NCBI GenBank assembly: GCA_016874755.1
Contig: VGTH01000021.1
Span: forward strand, 13,456-77,455
Reading direction: 5' to 3'
Source of the DNA: Deltaproteobacteria bacterium
GTDB lineage: Bacteria > Desulfobacterota > Binatia > UBA9968
Length of the DNA: 64,000 nucleotides
Shown piece by piece: positions 36,109-45,663 of this stretch (position 1 is its first letter; each line of letters starts with the position of its first letter). Both the position numbers and the translations under genes were made by a program. The notes under the pieces are model-generated. The model had not been told where the DNA came from. It saw only the letters and a program-made list of their open reading frames with translations, and did no database searches.

Positions 36109-37278
36109 TCAAGGCGGCTGACGAAGCCCCGTTAGTCGAGTGCGCAAGCTGCTCCTGCGCGGCTGCGCATTTGGCTTCAGCTTCGCGCCACTTGGCACGC
36201 CATTCGTCTTGCAGGAAACTTGCAGTGGATAGGTGGTCTTTAAGTTAGCAGCTTCTTGCTCAGCTCTGGCCACGCGCTCAACTAGCTCGTCTTGATTTTC
36301 AAGCCTGGCCGGTGCGCGCTGCGCCGCCGCCTGCAGCTGTTCAAGCAAGCTCTCTTTTTCACGGGTCAGAGAGCTGATGTGTGACTGAGTTTCATTGGCC
36401 TGCGCTTCAAACTGGGCCATGCGGTTTGCCAGGGTTGCCGCTTCGCTCTGCCATTTGCTTTTTTCGTGGTCGCTGTTCGAGGCGTTTTGCAGCCGCGCTT
36501 GCAGCGCCTCGATCTCGCTCTGCGCACGAGCCTGTTTAGCCTCGCTTTCGTGCCACTTGTCGCGCCACTCATTTTGCACGGCTTCGGCGCTCCCCATGTC
36601 AGCGCGCAGCGCCGCCAACTCCCGCTGGGTGGCGGCCAGGCGCTCTTGCAGGCGCTGGTTTTCTTGCTGAGCGGTGGTCTGCTCGCGGCTCGTCTCGCGC
36701 AATCGATCGTATTCACTGGTGACCGCACTTAGGCGAATCCGTGTCTCGTTGGCCTGCGCTTCAAGGTTGGCGCTGCGCGTCGACGACTCGGCGAGTTTTT
36801 CCTGCGCCTCGCGCAGGTCGTTCTCCAACGCGGTGCTGCGCCGCGCCGCTTCATCGAGTTTGCCCGTCAAGGCTTCGCGCTCATTGGCTAAGCTCGCAAA
36901 CTCATTGCGCAGTTTGCTCAGCTGTCCTTCCAAGGCGGCGGTTGCTTCCCGCGATTGGCCTTCAATGGCGCTGATCTTGTTGGACCACGTCTCGTCAGCT
37001 TCACGATGTTGTACCGCCAGGGTCTCGTAGTCATGTTTGTAACGGTCGATGTCAGACTGCAGGCCGGTCAGCAGGGACGCCTTGGCCGCGGCAACCTGGT
37101 GTTGTGCCTTCAACTGACTGTTTTCATTTTTGAGCGCTTCTAAGCGCGCTTCCCAACCGATCACCATTTCGCTGGCCTTTTCCTCCTTGTTCCAGGCGCG
37201 CAAGAGGTACATAAGAAACGCTCCTAGAGCCGCTGCCAGCAACAAGCAAAACCAAATGTGTTGAACTAGATAGAACAC
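36109..37278 (-). CDS. Membrane-anchored coiled-coil protein (3' end disrupted)
   Basis: N-terminal TM segment, then ~350 aa of heptad-like Glu/Gln/Ala/Leu repeats with an internal EAQANET duplication. The coiled-coil signal continues in another frame down to 35924. Confidence 0.55.
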   Translation of the reverse strand: MFYLVQHIWFCLLLAAALGAFLMYLLRAWNKEEKASEMVIGWEARLEALKNENSQLKAQHQVAAAKASLLTGLQSDIDRYKHDYETLAVQHREADETWSNKISAIEGQSREATAALEGQLSKLRNEFASLANEREALTGKLDEAARRSTALENDLREAQEKLAESSTRSANLEAQANETRIRLSAVTSEYDRLRETSREQTTAQQENQRLQERLAATQRELAALRADMGSAEAVQNEWRDKWHESEAKQARAQSEIEALQARLQNASNSDHEKSKWQSEAATLANRMAQFEAQANETQSHISSLTREKESLLEQLQAAAQRAPARLENQDELVERVARAEQEAANLKTTYPLQVSCKTNGVPSGAKLKPNAQPRRSSLRTRLTGLRQPP

Positions 37279-37309
37279 GAGAACTCCTTTCTGTTCGCCC
37301 CCGTTGTGT

Positions 37310-38008
37310 TCACCGTGAGATCACGTTGAAATCGATGCGCCGGTTCTTCTTCATCCCTTCGGGAGTAGCGTTGTCGGCGATGGGCTTGTTCGGGCCATGT
37401 CCGACGACCACCAAGCGGTCCGCGGGTATGCCCTTTACGATCAAGTAATTTGCAACCTCCTGGGCGCGGTTTTTGCTCAACGCAATGTTGGCCTCCAAAA
37501 CGCCGATTGGGTCGGTGTGTCCGCTGATCTCAATTTTCACGCTGGGACATTTTCGCGCAACTTCGACCAATCCGTCAAGTAGCGGCAAGCTTGCCGGCTG
37601 AATCGCGTACCAACTCGGTTCAAATTGAATCTGCTGGTTGCGCAACGCCGCGTTAAATTCTTCTTGACACTCGGTTGCGGCGGAGGTCGGTGGAGCGGCG
37701 GGCGGCGGCACTATAGCAGCGTTGGCGCGTGCCACCTCAAGCAGATTGGTCACGGTATGGACCCCGTAGGTATGGTTAGCAACCAGGTTCGCGTCGCGCT
37801 TCGCTCTCTCGCTGGTTACTTGACCGCGCAGGGTAATTTCGCGGCCGTCGGCGCTGATGACAAGATTTCTGATGGGGATTGAAGCGAGCGCGTTTTTAGT
37901 GCGCAGCCACAAATCCTCCTGGATGGAATCGCGTCTGGTTTGTGCCGCATAGAGGGCGAGTAAAAAACAGCCGAGCGCCGCAGCACTAAAGGCGAGAAGG
38001 TTCTTCAT
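37310..38008 (-). CDS. OmpA/MotB-family peptidoglycan-binding protein with BON domain
   Basis: Start at ATG 38008 with a signal/TM segment. A BON-like region (ISADGREITLRGQV) precedes the OmpA_C motifs ISGHTDPIG...NIALSKNRAQEV...NRRIDF. Confidence 0.8.
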   Translation of the reverse strand: MKNLLAFSAAALGCFLLALYAAQTRRDSIQEDLWLRTKNALASIPIRNLVISADGREITLRGQVTSERAKRDANLVANHTYGVHTVTNLLEVARANAAIVPPPAAPPTSAATECQEEFNAALRNQQIQFEPSWYAIQPASLPLLDGLVEVARKCPSVKIEISGHTDPIGVLEANIALSKNRAQEVANYLIVKGIPADRLVVVGHGPNKPIADNATPEGMKKNRRIDFNVISR

Positions 38009-38239
38009 CGGTTTCCTTGGAAAATGTTCAAAAACTTGCGGATCATAACACTTCCGGCTGTCTATCATCTTGGGCGCATGAGTCAAGCCTCCCGTAAAGA
38101 TTCGCTTATCTTTTGGGGAGTTATCGTGGTCCTGGGGATACGAAATCAGCGTCTCGGACCGAGGCGCCTACCGGGCGGCATCGATGGGCAGCAGGGGGTG
38201 TCAGCCAAACTAAAAATCTACTTTAATTCTTCTTGCCAT

Positions 38240-39007
38240 TTATTTGAAATCTTTTCCTTTACCTGCAGGAATCGGCAGGCCGGTGAGCTCGCCACGAATC
38301 ACGTCTGTCGGCTTGCCGCGCAGGCCGCCGTAGTAGTCTAATCCAGACATGCCGTAGGGCATCGACTGCCCGGCGACGAGAAACAACAGCGGGTCCTGGC
38401 CGAAGGTGACGACCACCGGGCAGTTCTTGCCCTTCTCCCAATACTTTTCCCGCATGATGCGCGCGTGGTGTCCGGGCGAAACGTAAAGGCCGAGAGTGTT
38501 TTTGTCGTGCACCTGGACGCTATAGATGCCGACGTCGACCCAGCCGCCTGCTTCGGGCTCGCCGGTGATCACGCAATCGGCGGTGCCAATGTAGCGGCCG
38601 CCGTCGAGCTCGTGCCAGTGCGGCGCCGGGAACATGAGCATGTCGACGTCGGCGCCGCTTTTGACGTTGTCCAAAATCAGCCCGCTCGACACCACCCGTG
38701 GCGGCATCGGCTTGACGCCTTTCAGCAACTCTTTCCAGCGCGCGATCAGCTCGATCGGTTTGGCGTCGGGCGGCATACCGTCGGTCAAACTCGAACGGCT
38801 CGGGGTGTTGACCAGATTGGACGCGACGCGAAAGTTCGCCGGGTAGTCAGGAATTTGGTCGAAGAGCACTAGCGGAGAGGGCTCTTTGAAAGCGAACAGC
38901 TCGGTCAGCCCACCGATCTCAAGGTTCCAGTGCGCGCCGTGGATATCTTTGACCTGGCCCAATTCACGGGCGGCGTGGATGAATTAGCGTAAATCTTGGA
39001 ATGGCAT
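38240..39007 (-). pseudogene. UbiD-family pseudogene (copy 4)
   Basis: ATG 39007 gives MPFQDLR-TAA(38984-38986)-FIHAARELGQVKDI..., so there is a nonsense codon at position 8. The body ends after ~248 aa (..LTGLPIPAGKGKDFK*) and lacks the C-terminal half. Confidence 0.7.
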
Positions 39008-39024
39008 TGTGTGTTTAAATCATT

Positions 39025-39095
39025 CACCACGAAGGTCACGAAGAGCACGAAGGAAAGAGAAGAAATCCTTCTTCCGACCTTCGTATACTTCGTGG
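39025..39095. repeat. CACGAAG-type palindromic repeat
   Basis: CACCACGAAGGTCACGAAGAGCACGAAGG (39025-39053) faces CCTTCGTATACTTCGTGG (39078-39095). Same family as 62470-62551. Confidence 0.45.
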
Positions 39096-39110
39096 CGAGT
39101 CATTCTAAAA

Positions 39111-39905
39111 TCAAAAATGTCCCAGCTCTTTGGAGTGATTGTAAATACCATCGTGAAACATCGCGACGCAGTCGGCGTTGGTCAAGCAGCAATATTCCGG
39201 CCCCCAGCCTGGGCGGTACCAGGTGTTGCCGTCTCGCAACAGCCGCTCGAAGACTTGCTGCGCCACTTCGCCGTGGGCCATCAGGCCGTCCAAGTGCTCA
39301 TGCAAGTCGGCTTCTTCATGCACGGCGAAATAATGCAGGTCGGGCTCCTTGACGCCATATTTATTCAATAACGCATTGCGCCAGCGCGCCGCCCAGTGGC
39401 CGAACATTTCTTCGTTCAACGAGCGCGCCCACCACTCTATCATGCTGCCTTCGTAAACCAGACCGCGGGCGAATTCCGTGAGCGCGCGGCACTCGGCAAA
39501 GACTTGGCAGTTGACCATCTCGTCGCGCGATACACCGAGAAATTCTCCCTGCTCGATCAGCACCTCGATGTGGCCGGGGATTCTCGGGTTGACGAGCTCA
39601 TCGCTGATCTTGCCGACGTAGGGCGCCAGCAGATCGCGATGGCGCGCAAAGATGCCTTGATGGCGCTGGTAGATGATCAGGTGAAAATTGTTTACTTCCA
39701 CCGGGTAGCTGTACCAATGGCGCCAAAAGAGCTTAAGCGTCTCCATTGGCAGCTTGCCGGCCTCGAGATCGCGCATGAACGCGCCGCCGAAAATTTTTCC
39801 ATTCCAGCGCGCGTACATGCGCGACTTGAGCGCGTCGGTGTAAGCCTTTGCCTCGGCGGGCGAAAGCTGCTTGCCAATTTCTAATGGAATGGGTTCCTGA
39901 TTCAT
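39111..39905 (-). CDS. Heme-oxygenase-like/TenA-PqqC-like iron-containing redox enzyme family protein
   Basis: 264 aa, all-helical, with paired carboxylate/His motifs (NEEMFGHW, VHEEADLHEH) typical of the Haem_oxygenase_2/TenA fold. Confidence 0.6.
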   Translation of the reverse strand: MNQEPIPLEIGKQLSPAEAKAYTDALKSRMYARWNGKIFGGAFMRDLEAGKLPMETLKLFWRHWYSYPVEVNNFHLIIYQRHQGIFARHRDLLAPYVGKISDELVNPRIPGHIEVLIEQGEFLGVSRDEMVNCQVFAECRALTEFARGLVYEGSMIEWWARSLNEEMFGHWAARWRNALLNKYGVKEPDLHYFAVHEEADLHEHLDGLMAHGEVAQQVFERLLRDGNTWYRPGWGPEYCCLTNADCVAMFHDGIYNHSKELGHF

Positions 39906-39918
39906 TTGCTAGTCCCAG

Positions 39919-39997
39919 CGTAGGGTGGGTTGAGCGCTAGCGAGACCCATCGTTTTTCGGCGGTGGGTATCGGCTGGTTGCCTCAACCCACCCTACG
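39919..39997. repeat. Nested palindromic REP-like element
   Basis: Perfect 16-bp inverted repeat, CGTAGGGTGGGTTGAG (39919-39934) with CTCAACCCACCCTACG (39982-39997). It encloses a second imperfect palindrome. Confidence 0.5.
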
Positions 39998-40020
39998 ATT
40001 TCTGAGGAACGTTTGGCCGC

Positions 40021-40938
40021 TTAGGCTTTGAACCCCGCGTTTGCGAGTCCTTGTTTCAGATCGGCGACGTCCTTTTCTGAGAACGGCGGCGTTGCCCAGC
40101 GCGGGAAGCGTTCCACCGGCAGGCCGCGCAGCTTCATCAACTCGCAGAACACGCCGCGGCCATGGCTGCGCAGATATTTGCCGACCACCTGCATGATGCG
40201 GGTGAGCAGATCGTGCTGCTGCTGTGCCGTTTTGAGATCGCCGGATTTCAGCGCCTCGTACATCTTAACGCAAATTTCCGGAAACGGAGTCGTCGGCGGG
40301 TGGATGGCGCCGCGCACGCCGACCGAGTAGCCGGAGTAGAGCGAGAAGATACCGCCGGGGAATACACCCACCGATTTCGGCAGCTGATAGACGTAGTTGA
40401 GCAATTTGTCGAAAGGAATGAATGAAACTTTGATGCCGGCCAGCGGATTGGGCGCGATCTCTTCGATGATTTTGTTGGCCTTCGCCGGCGTGATTTCCAC
40501 CCAGGTGGTCTCGGTGTTGTCGTAGATGAACATCGGCGTGCCGGGCACTGACTTGGCGATGGCTTTGTAGTGGGCGTACACTTCCCAGTCGTCGTGCGGA
40601 TAGTAGTAGGGCGGCACCACACCGATGGCGTCGACGCCGAGGCTGGCGGCGTGTTTGGCGAGATCGCAGGACGACAGCGTGTTCGCCGTGCCGATATGCA
40701 TGACGATGGGGACCCGGCCTTTAACGCGGTTGACGATCTGCTCGGCAACTTTCTTGCGCTCGTCGATTTCCATCACCATGCCTTGGCCATGGGTGCCCAA
40801 GGGAAAAAAACCGTGCACGCCCGCATCCAAGTAAAAATCGATGATCGCATCGGTCGCTTTGTGGTCGATGGCACCATCATGTTTGAACGCCACCGGCATT
40901 GGCATCAGGATGCCTTCGATTTTTCGATCGCTCGCCAT
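40021..40938 (-). CDS. DapA/NAL-family class I aldolase-lyase
   Basis: Start at ATG 40938 (MASDRKIEGILMPMP). Carries GFFPLGTHGQG, a Schiff-base Lys context LAGIKVS, and PPYYY. Confidence 0.8.
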   Translation of the reverse strand: MASDRKIEGILMPMPVAFKHDGAIDHKATDAIIDFYLDAGVHGFFPLGTHGQGMVMEIDERKKVAEQIVNRVKGRVPIVMHIGTANTLSSCDLAKHAASLGVDAIGVVPPYYYPHDDWEVYAHYKAIAKSVPGTPMFIYDNTETTWVEITPAKANKIIEEIAPNPLAGIKVSFIPFDKLLNYVYQLPKSVGVFPGGIFSLYSGYSVGVRGAIHPPTTPFPEICVKMYEALKSGDLKTAQQQHDLLTRIMQVVGKYLRSHGRGVFCELMKLRGLPVERFPRWATPPFSEKDVADLKQGLANAGFKA

Positions 40939-41094
40939 AACTGCTCCTTTCACTCCCACGAGACTTTGTTTGCCAACCCATATCGCATAGCCGCCTAAAA
41001 AAAAAGTTCCGGGTTCAAAGTTTCGGGTTGCGGATTTTCGCTCGGTTTTCGTCAGGAAAGATGTTAGACCGTACGGATCACACAGGAGGGGTTT

Positions 41095-41610
41095 ATGGCA
41101 GAGACAAAAAATCCGATCGTCAATATGTCCACCAGCAAGGGCAATATCCGTATCGAGCTCGACGCCGCCAACGCGCCGATCACGACGAAAAACTTTGTCG
41201 ACTACGTCAATGACGGCCACTACGACGGCTTAATTTTTCATCGTGTGATTCCTGGCTTTATGATCCAGGGGGGTGGCATGGACAGCGGTATGAATGAGAA
41301 GAAAAACAAAGCGCCGATTAAGAACGAAGCCGGCAATGGTTTGAAAAATGACCTCGGCACCATCGCCATGGCGCGCACCAACGTGGTCGACAGCGCGACG
41401 TCGCAGTTTTTCATCAACGTTAAGAACAACGATTTCCTCAATCACAAAAGCCAGTCACCGGCGGAGTTTGGCTATGCGGTCTTTGGCAAAGTGATCGGGG
41501 GCATGGAGGTGGTGCACTCCATAGAGAAAGTCCAGACCGGGCGAAAAGGTTATCACGACGACGTGCCGGTGGAAGCGGTGGTGATCAATTCAGCGAAACT
41601 TGAAGCGTAG
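41095..41610 (+). CDS. ppiB: Peptidyl-prolyl cis-trans isomerase, cyclophilin type
   Basis: 171 aa with [14 protein letters not shown] and SATSQFFIN. An AGGAGG RBS lies upstream. Confidence 0.92.
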   Translation: MAETKNPIVNMSTSKGNIRIELDAANAPITTKNFVDYVNDGHYDGLIFHRVIPGFMIQGGGMDSGMNEKKNKAPIKNEAGNGLKNDLGTIAMARTNVVDSATSQFFINVKNNDFLNHKSQSPAEFGYAVFGKVIGGMEVVHSIEKVQTGRKGYHDDVPVEAVVINSAKLEA

Positions 41611-41653
41611 TGTGCGCTGCGCGCGCCGTTCAAGTTTCAACGGGTTTGGAATT

Positions 41654-41718
41654 AGCCGCAAAAAACGCAAAAGACGCAAAATAGAAATCCGGATGTAGGG
41701 GCGCGATTGATCGCGCCC
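41654..41718. repeat. GCAAAG-type repeat with hairpin
   Basis: AGCCGCAAAAAACGCAAAAGACGCAAAA is followed by GGGCGCGA-TTGA-TCGCGCCC (41699-41718). Confidence 0.45.
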
Positions 41719-41795
41719 GCGTTATGGCAAGGGCCGCGCGGAAAAAATCCACGCGGCCCGTTTTTCTATTCGGGACGGATTGCAGAAACGGGTTT

Positions 41796-42008
41796 TCAAC
41801 GAATCTGAAAGAGTTCCTGCCAAATTTTCTCGTAGCGCGGAAACTCTTTGAGGTCGTCGATGGACGGCATATGGGGCGTTGCTGGCCGGACTTTTTCCAA
41901 AGGTGCGACTTTGGGATGGGCCGGGGTCTCCCCGGCTTGAGCGTAGACGCGCTGGCCTTCCTCGCTGACGGCCCAACGGGCACACAGTAGCGCCGCGTTG
42001 GGGTTCAT
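41796..42008 (-). pseudogene. C-terminal remnant of a Fe3+-type substrate-binding protein
   Basis: MNPNAALLCARWAVSEEGQRVYAQAG... matches only the last ~70 aa of an SBP (the hPNAA..F..w.lS.EGQ block). There is no upstream body. Confidence 0.45.
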
Positions 42009-42079
42009 TTCGTCCTCCTTATCCACTTTAGACGCTGGGTGCTGCCAATGCCTTCGCAGTGCGAAGGGTCTTTCACTTG

Positions 42080-43111
42080 TTATTTGGTTCGCCGCCCGGA
42101 AAAATAATGCGCTGGAACTTGTTCACCGAGACTGCGCTGTTGAGCTAGCATGAAAGTTTTCCATGCCAGCGCGACAAACTCAATCGCCAGCCCATTGTTT
42201 TTGTAGACCGTGATCTGACGATCATCGGTTCGTCCCGGAGCCTTGCCCACGATCACGTCACCGATCTCGCAGACCCATTCCCAGAAAAGCGCGCCGGCAT
42301 CGATGGCTCCAAAGATGTCGGCGGCGTGGTCCTGTTTGCTCTGTTCGATGGAGCCTAGGCCGACTAGACTCGCGCGCGCGAACGTTCGATTGTCCAATTC
42401 GCGCCGCGGAACTTTCCGGTCGCTGTTGACGATGGAGGTGAGGTGGCAGCCGGGCTTGAGCCAGTCGCCGTCGAGGACCGGTACCGAAGCATTGGTGCTG
42501 GCGAGCACAAGGTCGGCCTCTTCGACCGCCTGGCGCGCCGATTCGACGGGCGTCATCGATATTCCCAACTGCTTCGACATGCGCTGTGCAAAATCGCTGC
42601 GCCGAGATGACGTTGGACTGTAGACCCGCACCTTTTCGATTGGACGCACGGCGCAAACGGCTGCCAACTGGGTTTCGGCTTGATAGCCCGCACCGAGCAA
42701 TCCGACGGTCTTGGCGTCGGCGCGCGCCAGATAGCGTGCTGCAACGCCGGTCTCGGCGCCGACGCGCATGCGCTGCAGCTCATGATCGTGGAAGATCGCT
42801 AGGAGTCCGGCAGTGTTCAAATCGAACAGCATGAAACTGCCAAACGATCGCAGCTCCGGCTTGTGCGCGCCAGTGCCGATCACGTCAGTCGTGACGCGCA
42901 GACCCATCACGCCGAGTTTGGGAATCGCGCCCTGAAAATGGCGCATCATGAACAGCGCATCGGGCGGCTGACTGTTGGCGTAGAATTGATGACGCGGGCG
43001 ATTTTCGGCTTTGTCTTGATGCAGCTCGCGTAACGCCAGCTCAGCAACGTCGATGGCGTCGGTCATGGTCAGGAGTTGTTGGACGTCGTTGTCGGTGAGA
43101 AGTAAGGCCAT
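42080..43111 (-). CDS. Ornithine cyclodeaminase/mu-crystallin family protein
   Basis: Start at ATG 43111 (MALLLTDNDVQQLL). Rossmann motif VGLLGAGYQA. Length about 343 aa. Confidence 0.85.
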   Translation of the reverse strand: MALLLTDNDVQQLLTMTDAIDVAELALRELHQDKAENRPRHQFYANSQPPDALFMMRHFQGAIPKLGVMGLRVTTDVIGTGAHKPELRSFGSFMLFDLNTAGLLAIFHDHELQRMRVGAETGVAARYLARADAKTVGLLGAGYQAETQLAAVCAVRPIEKVRVYSPTSSRRSDFAQRMSKQLGISMTPVESARQAVEEADLVLASTNASVPVLDGDWLKPGCHLTSIVNSDRKVPRRELDNRTFARASLVGLGSIEQSKQDHAADIFGAIDAGALFWEWVCEIGDVIVGKAPGRTDDRQITVYKNNGLAIEFVALAWKTFMLAQQRSLGEQVPAHYFSGRRTK

Positions 43112-43178
43112 GTTAGCAGACGAGGTTGATGTGAATTTGCAGGAGAGATTCCTCGGTTTTGCCTCGGCATGATATGCG

Positions 43179-43934
43179 TCAGGAAGTCCAAACACCCTTG
43201 GGATCGTACTTACGCACGGCGGCAAGTTCGGCAGCGCTCGGGGGCGTCGTCTCTCGCGCGTCCGGTGCAACTTGCAGCGGCCAACCCGTTTCTTTCTTGA
43301 TGTCGTCGACGCTCACACCCGGATGGTACGAACTCAACATCATTTCATGGTTCTCGGCATCGAACGAAAACACGCCCATGCTGGAGATCATGCGGCGCGG
43401 GCCGCCGCCGGGCAGCCGGTGGCGCGCCCGCCAATCGCCGCCCGCGCCGAAGCCGGGGGACGTGACGTAGCGCACTTTGGGCACGAAGCGGCGTCGCTCG
43501 TGGTTCATAATAATGATGCAGCGCTGTGCCATAGTGGCGATGTCGGCGGCGCCGCCGCTGCCGGGCAGCCGCGTGCGCTTGCCGTTGTCTGCGACCCAGT
43601 GGGTGTTCAGATTGCCGAAGCGATCGACTTCAGCTCCGCCAATAAAGCCCAGATTTACCCGGCCTGATTGCAAGAGATACATCACATCGTTCAAGGCGCC
43701 GCAGGAGAGCGCCTGCGCGACGTTGGGCGGATCGCTCATGGTGAACATTGACTGCAATGCCGGCCGGTCGCGGATGACCCCGTTCTCAAAAACGCCCAAC
43801 GCATTGGGCGCATGGGTTTCTTTCGCCACCGCGAAACCCAGCAAGGGCAGGCGCATGCCGACAAACACGATGTCGCCGTCGCGGATCTCGCGCGCCGCGG
43901 CGGCGACCATTAGTTCTTTGCGAGTGTAGCTCAC
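43179..43934 (-). CDS. Family I CoA-transferase subunit B
   Basis: 251 aa with GVFENGVI (catalytic Glu of the E-N-G motif) and GGAEVDRFGNLN. Confidence 0.85.
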   Translation of the reverse strand: MSYTRKELMVAAAAREIRDGDIVFVGMRLPLLGFAVAKETHAPNALGVFENGVIRDRPALQSMFTMSDPPNVAQALSCGALNDVMYLLQSGRVNLGFIGGAEVDRFGNLNTHWVADNGKRTRLPGSGGAADIATMAQRCIIIMNHERRRFVPKVRYVTSPGFGAGGDWRARHRLPGGGPRRMISSMGVFSFDAENHEMMLSSYHPGVSVDDIKKETGWPLQVAPDARETTPPSAAELAAVRKYDPKGVWTS

Positions 43935-44013
43935 TTGTTTGTCGTCTAGAGTCTAGCGTTTAGGGTTTGGAGTTCCGGAACGCTAGACCCCAGACGCTAG
44001 ACGCCAAACGTTT

Positions 44014-44448
44014 CTACGCTTTATTGAACGCGTCAATTCCAGCCTGCACGATCTGTCGATCCACGGCCGCGGGCGCGCCGCTGAAGCCGACGCCGGCGAT
44101 GCATTGGCCGTCAACGGTGACGGGTAGGCCGCCTTCGATGCTGACAAACCAGCCGGGGCCAACGGCGAGGGTTTGCGCCAGCACTTGGTGGTCGGGGATT
44201 TCGCTGCCGTCGCGCCCGGTCTTGCCAGTGGCTGCGGTGGTGAGCGCGGCGCCGCGCGCCTTGGCGAGCGCGATCATGACGTTATGCGTGCGGCCATTGG
44301 TCATGCGCTTAAAGGCCATCAGATGGCCGCCGGCGTCGACGATGCAGATGCTGCCGATCTGTTTAAGCTCCTTGGCCTTTTCGACGGCGGCGTTGACGAT
44401 GATGTCGCAGCCTTCCTGGGACAGTTTTGCGGTTGCTACGGTTTTCAT
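44014..44448 (-). CDS. GlcG/HbpS-like (DUF336) heme-binding protein
   Basis: 144 aa. The blocks IVDAGGHLMAFKRM...ALAKARGAA...GGLPV are typical of GlcG. Confidence 0.8.
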   Translation of the reverse strand: MKTVATAKLSQEGCDIIVNAAVEKAKELKQIGSICIVDAGGHLMAFKRMTNGRTHNVMIALAKARGAALTTAATGKTGRDGSEIPDHQVLAQTLAVGPGWFVSIEGGLPVTVDGQCIAGVGFSGAPAAVDRQIVQAGIDAFNKA

Positions 44449-44474
44449 GGATGCCTCCTGTATAGTTTTTCCGA

Positions 44475-45386
44475 TTAGTAATTGAAGCTCACCGTCGGTG
44501 CAAGCAGGTTTCCTTGCGGCCTTAGATGCTCCACGCGCTCTTGGCCGAGCCGTGAGAGAAACGCCGTATGGTCGGCAACGCCGTAGACGAATTTATCCAA
44601 CCACTGCTCGAAGCCTTCACGGCTGCGCGTCGCCTTGTGATAGTCGAAGTAAAATTCGTCGTCGCGCCGGGCATAGCCTTGGCAGGGCGATGGGTGGGAG
44701 CCAAAGGGAACGTGGACGACGCTTGAAACGACAAAGCCGGGAATCGCCGTGCGGTTGGGGTCGGCGAGAATAGTTGCATGATCGACGATCTCTTCGCAGG
44801 TGAGAATGACCCGCTTGGCGGCAAAGGCAGCGTCGCGCATGACACCGAAATTGCCCCAGACATGGGCATTGCCCTCGCCGTCGGCCCGCTGCACATGCAG
44901 GATCGCCACGTCGGGATGAATCGCGCGGACAGCTAGCAGTTCTTTGCCGGTGAAAGGGCAGGTTACTCGGCTGAACTGTTTGTCGTGAGCGAAGTCACAG
45001 CCGCGCACCGACTTCGTTGGCAGGAAGGGCAAGCCCATGGCCGCTGCCTGCAGGCCAAGTCCGATGGTGAAGTTGGAGTGCTCTTCGATCTCGATGGCAT
45101 GCGGAATGTCCGCTTCGGCAGCGCGCCGGTAGTTGTGGCCTAGCCCGGCGGCGACGTTGCCGACCCAGGACGCGATGATTTTTTTTGCACAGCCGGACCC
45201 GATCAATTGGTCGAACTGGATGTCTGAGATGGGACAGATCAGCGTGAGCTCTTTTTTCTTTTGGCGAATAATTTCGTAGCTCGCCGCAAACGGAATCAGC
45301 GACTCTAGCGCGCAGCCCATGGTGACTGAGTTGCCGTCCTCGACGTGAGTTGAGATTGCCTCTCGCAAAGATTGAGTCTTGTTCAT
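44475..45386 (-). CDS. Family I CoA-transferase subunit A (glutaconate-CoA-transferase-like)
   Basis: 303 aa with REAISTHVEDGNSVTMG at the N-terminus. Length and blocks are GctA-like. Confidence 0.85.
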   Translation of the reverse strand: MNKTQSLREAISTHVEDGNSVTMGCALESLIPFAASYEIIRQKKKELTLICPISDIQFDQLIGSGCAKKIIASWVGNVAAGLGHNYRRAAEADIPHAIEIEEHSNFTIGLGLQAAAMGLPFLPTKSVRGCDFAHDKQFSRVTCPFTGKELLAVRAIHPDVAILHVQRADGEGNAHVWGNFGVMRDAAFAAKRVILTCEEIVDHATILADPNRTAIPGFVVSSVVHVPFGSHPSPCQGYARRDDEFYFDYHKATRSREGFEQWLDKFVYGVADHTAFLSRLGQERVEHLRPQGNLLAPTVSFNY

Positions 45387-45663
45387 CGAGCCTCATCTGT
45401 ACGCACTCCAGGTTGAGAGATCAACTGAGCGATGGATAAGCATGACGCAATGCCAGATTTCGGTGGATAAATTGTCATTGGGTAGCCCGAAATGTAAAGC
45501 CAAGCACAGTGCGGCGCAAAAATGCCCGAAGGCGCCCAGTTCCACAGCCAGATCGATCGATGCCACAGCATAGCTAACTAGCTGTTACTGTGAGACAAGT
45601 TGAGGTTTCTGAGCGGGGCGACTCAACCATCGAGAAGCTGCGTGAAACGGTACGAGTGTTGCT

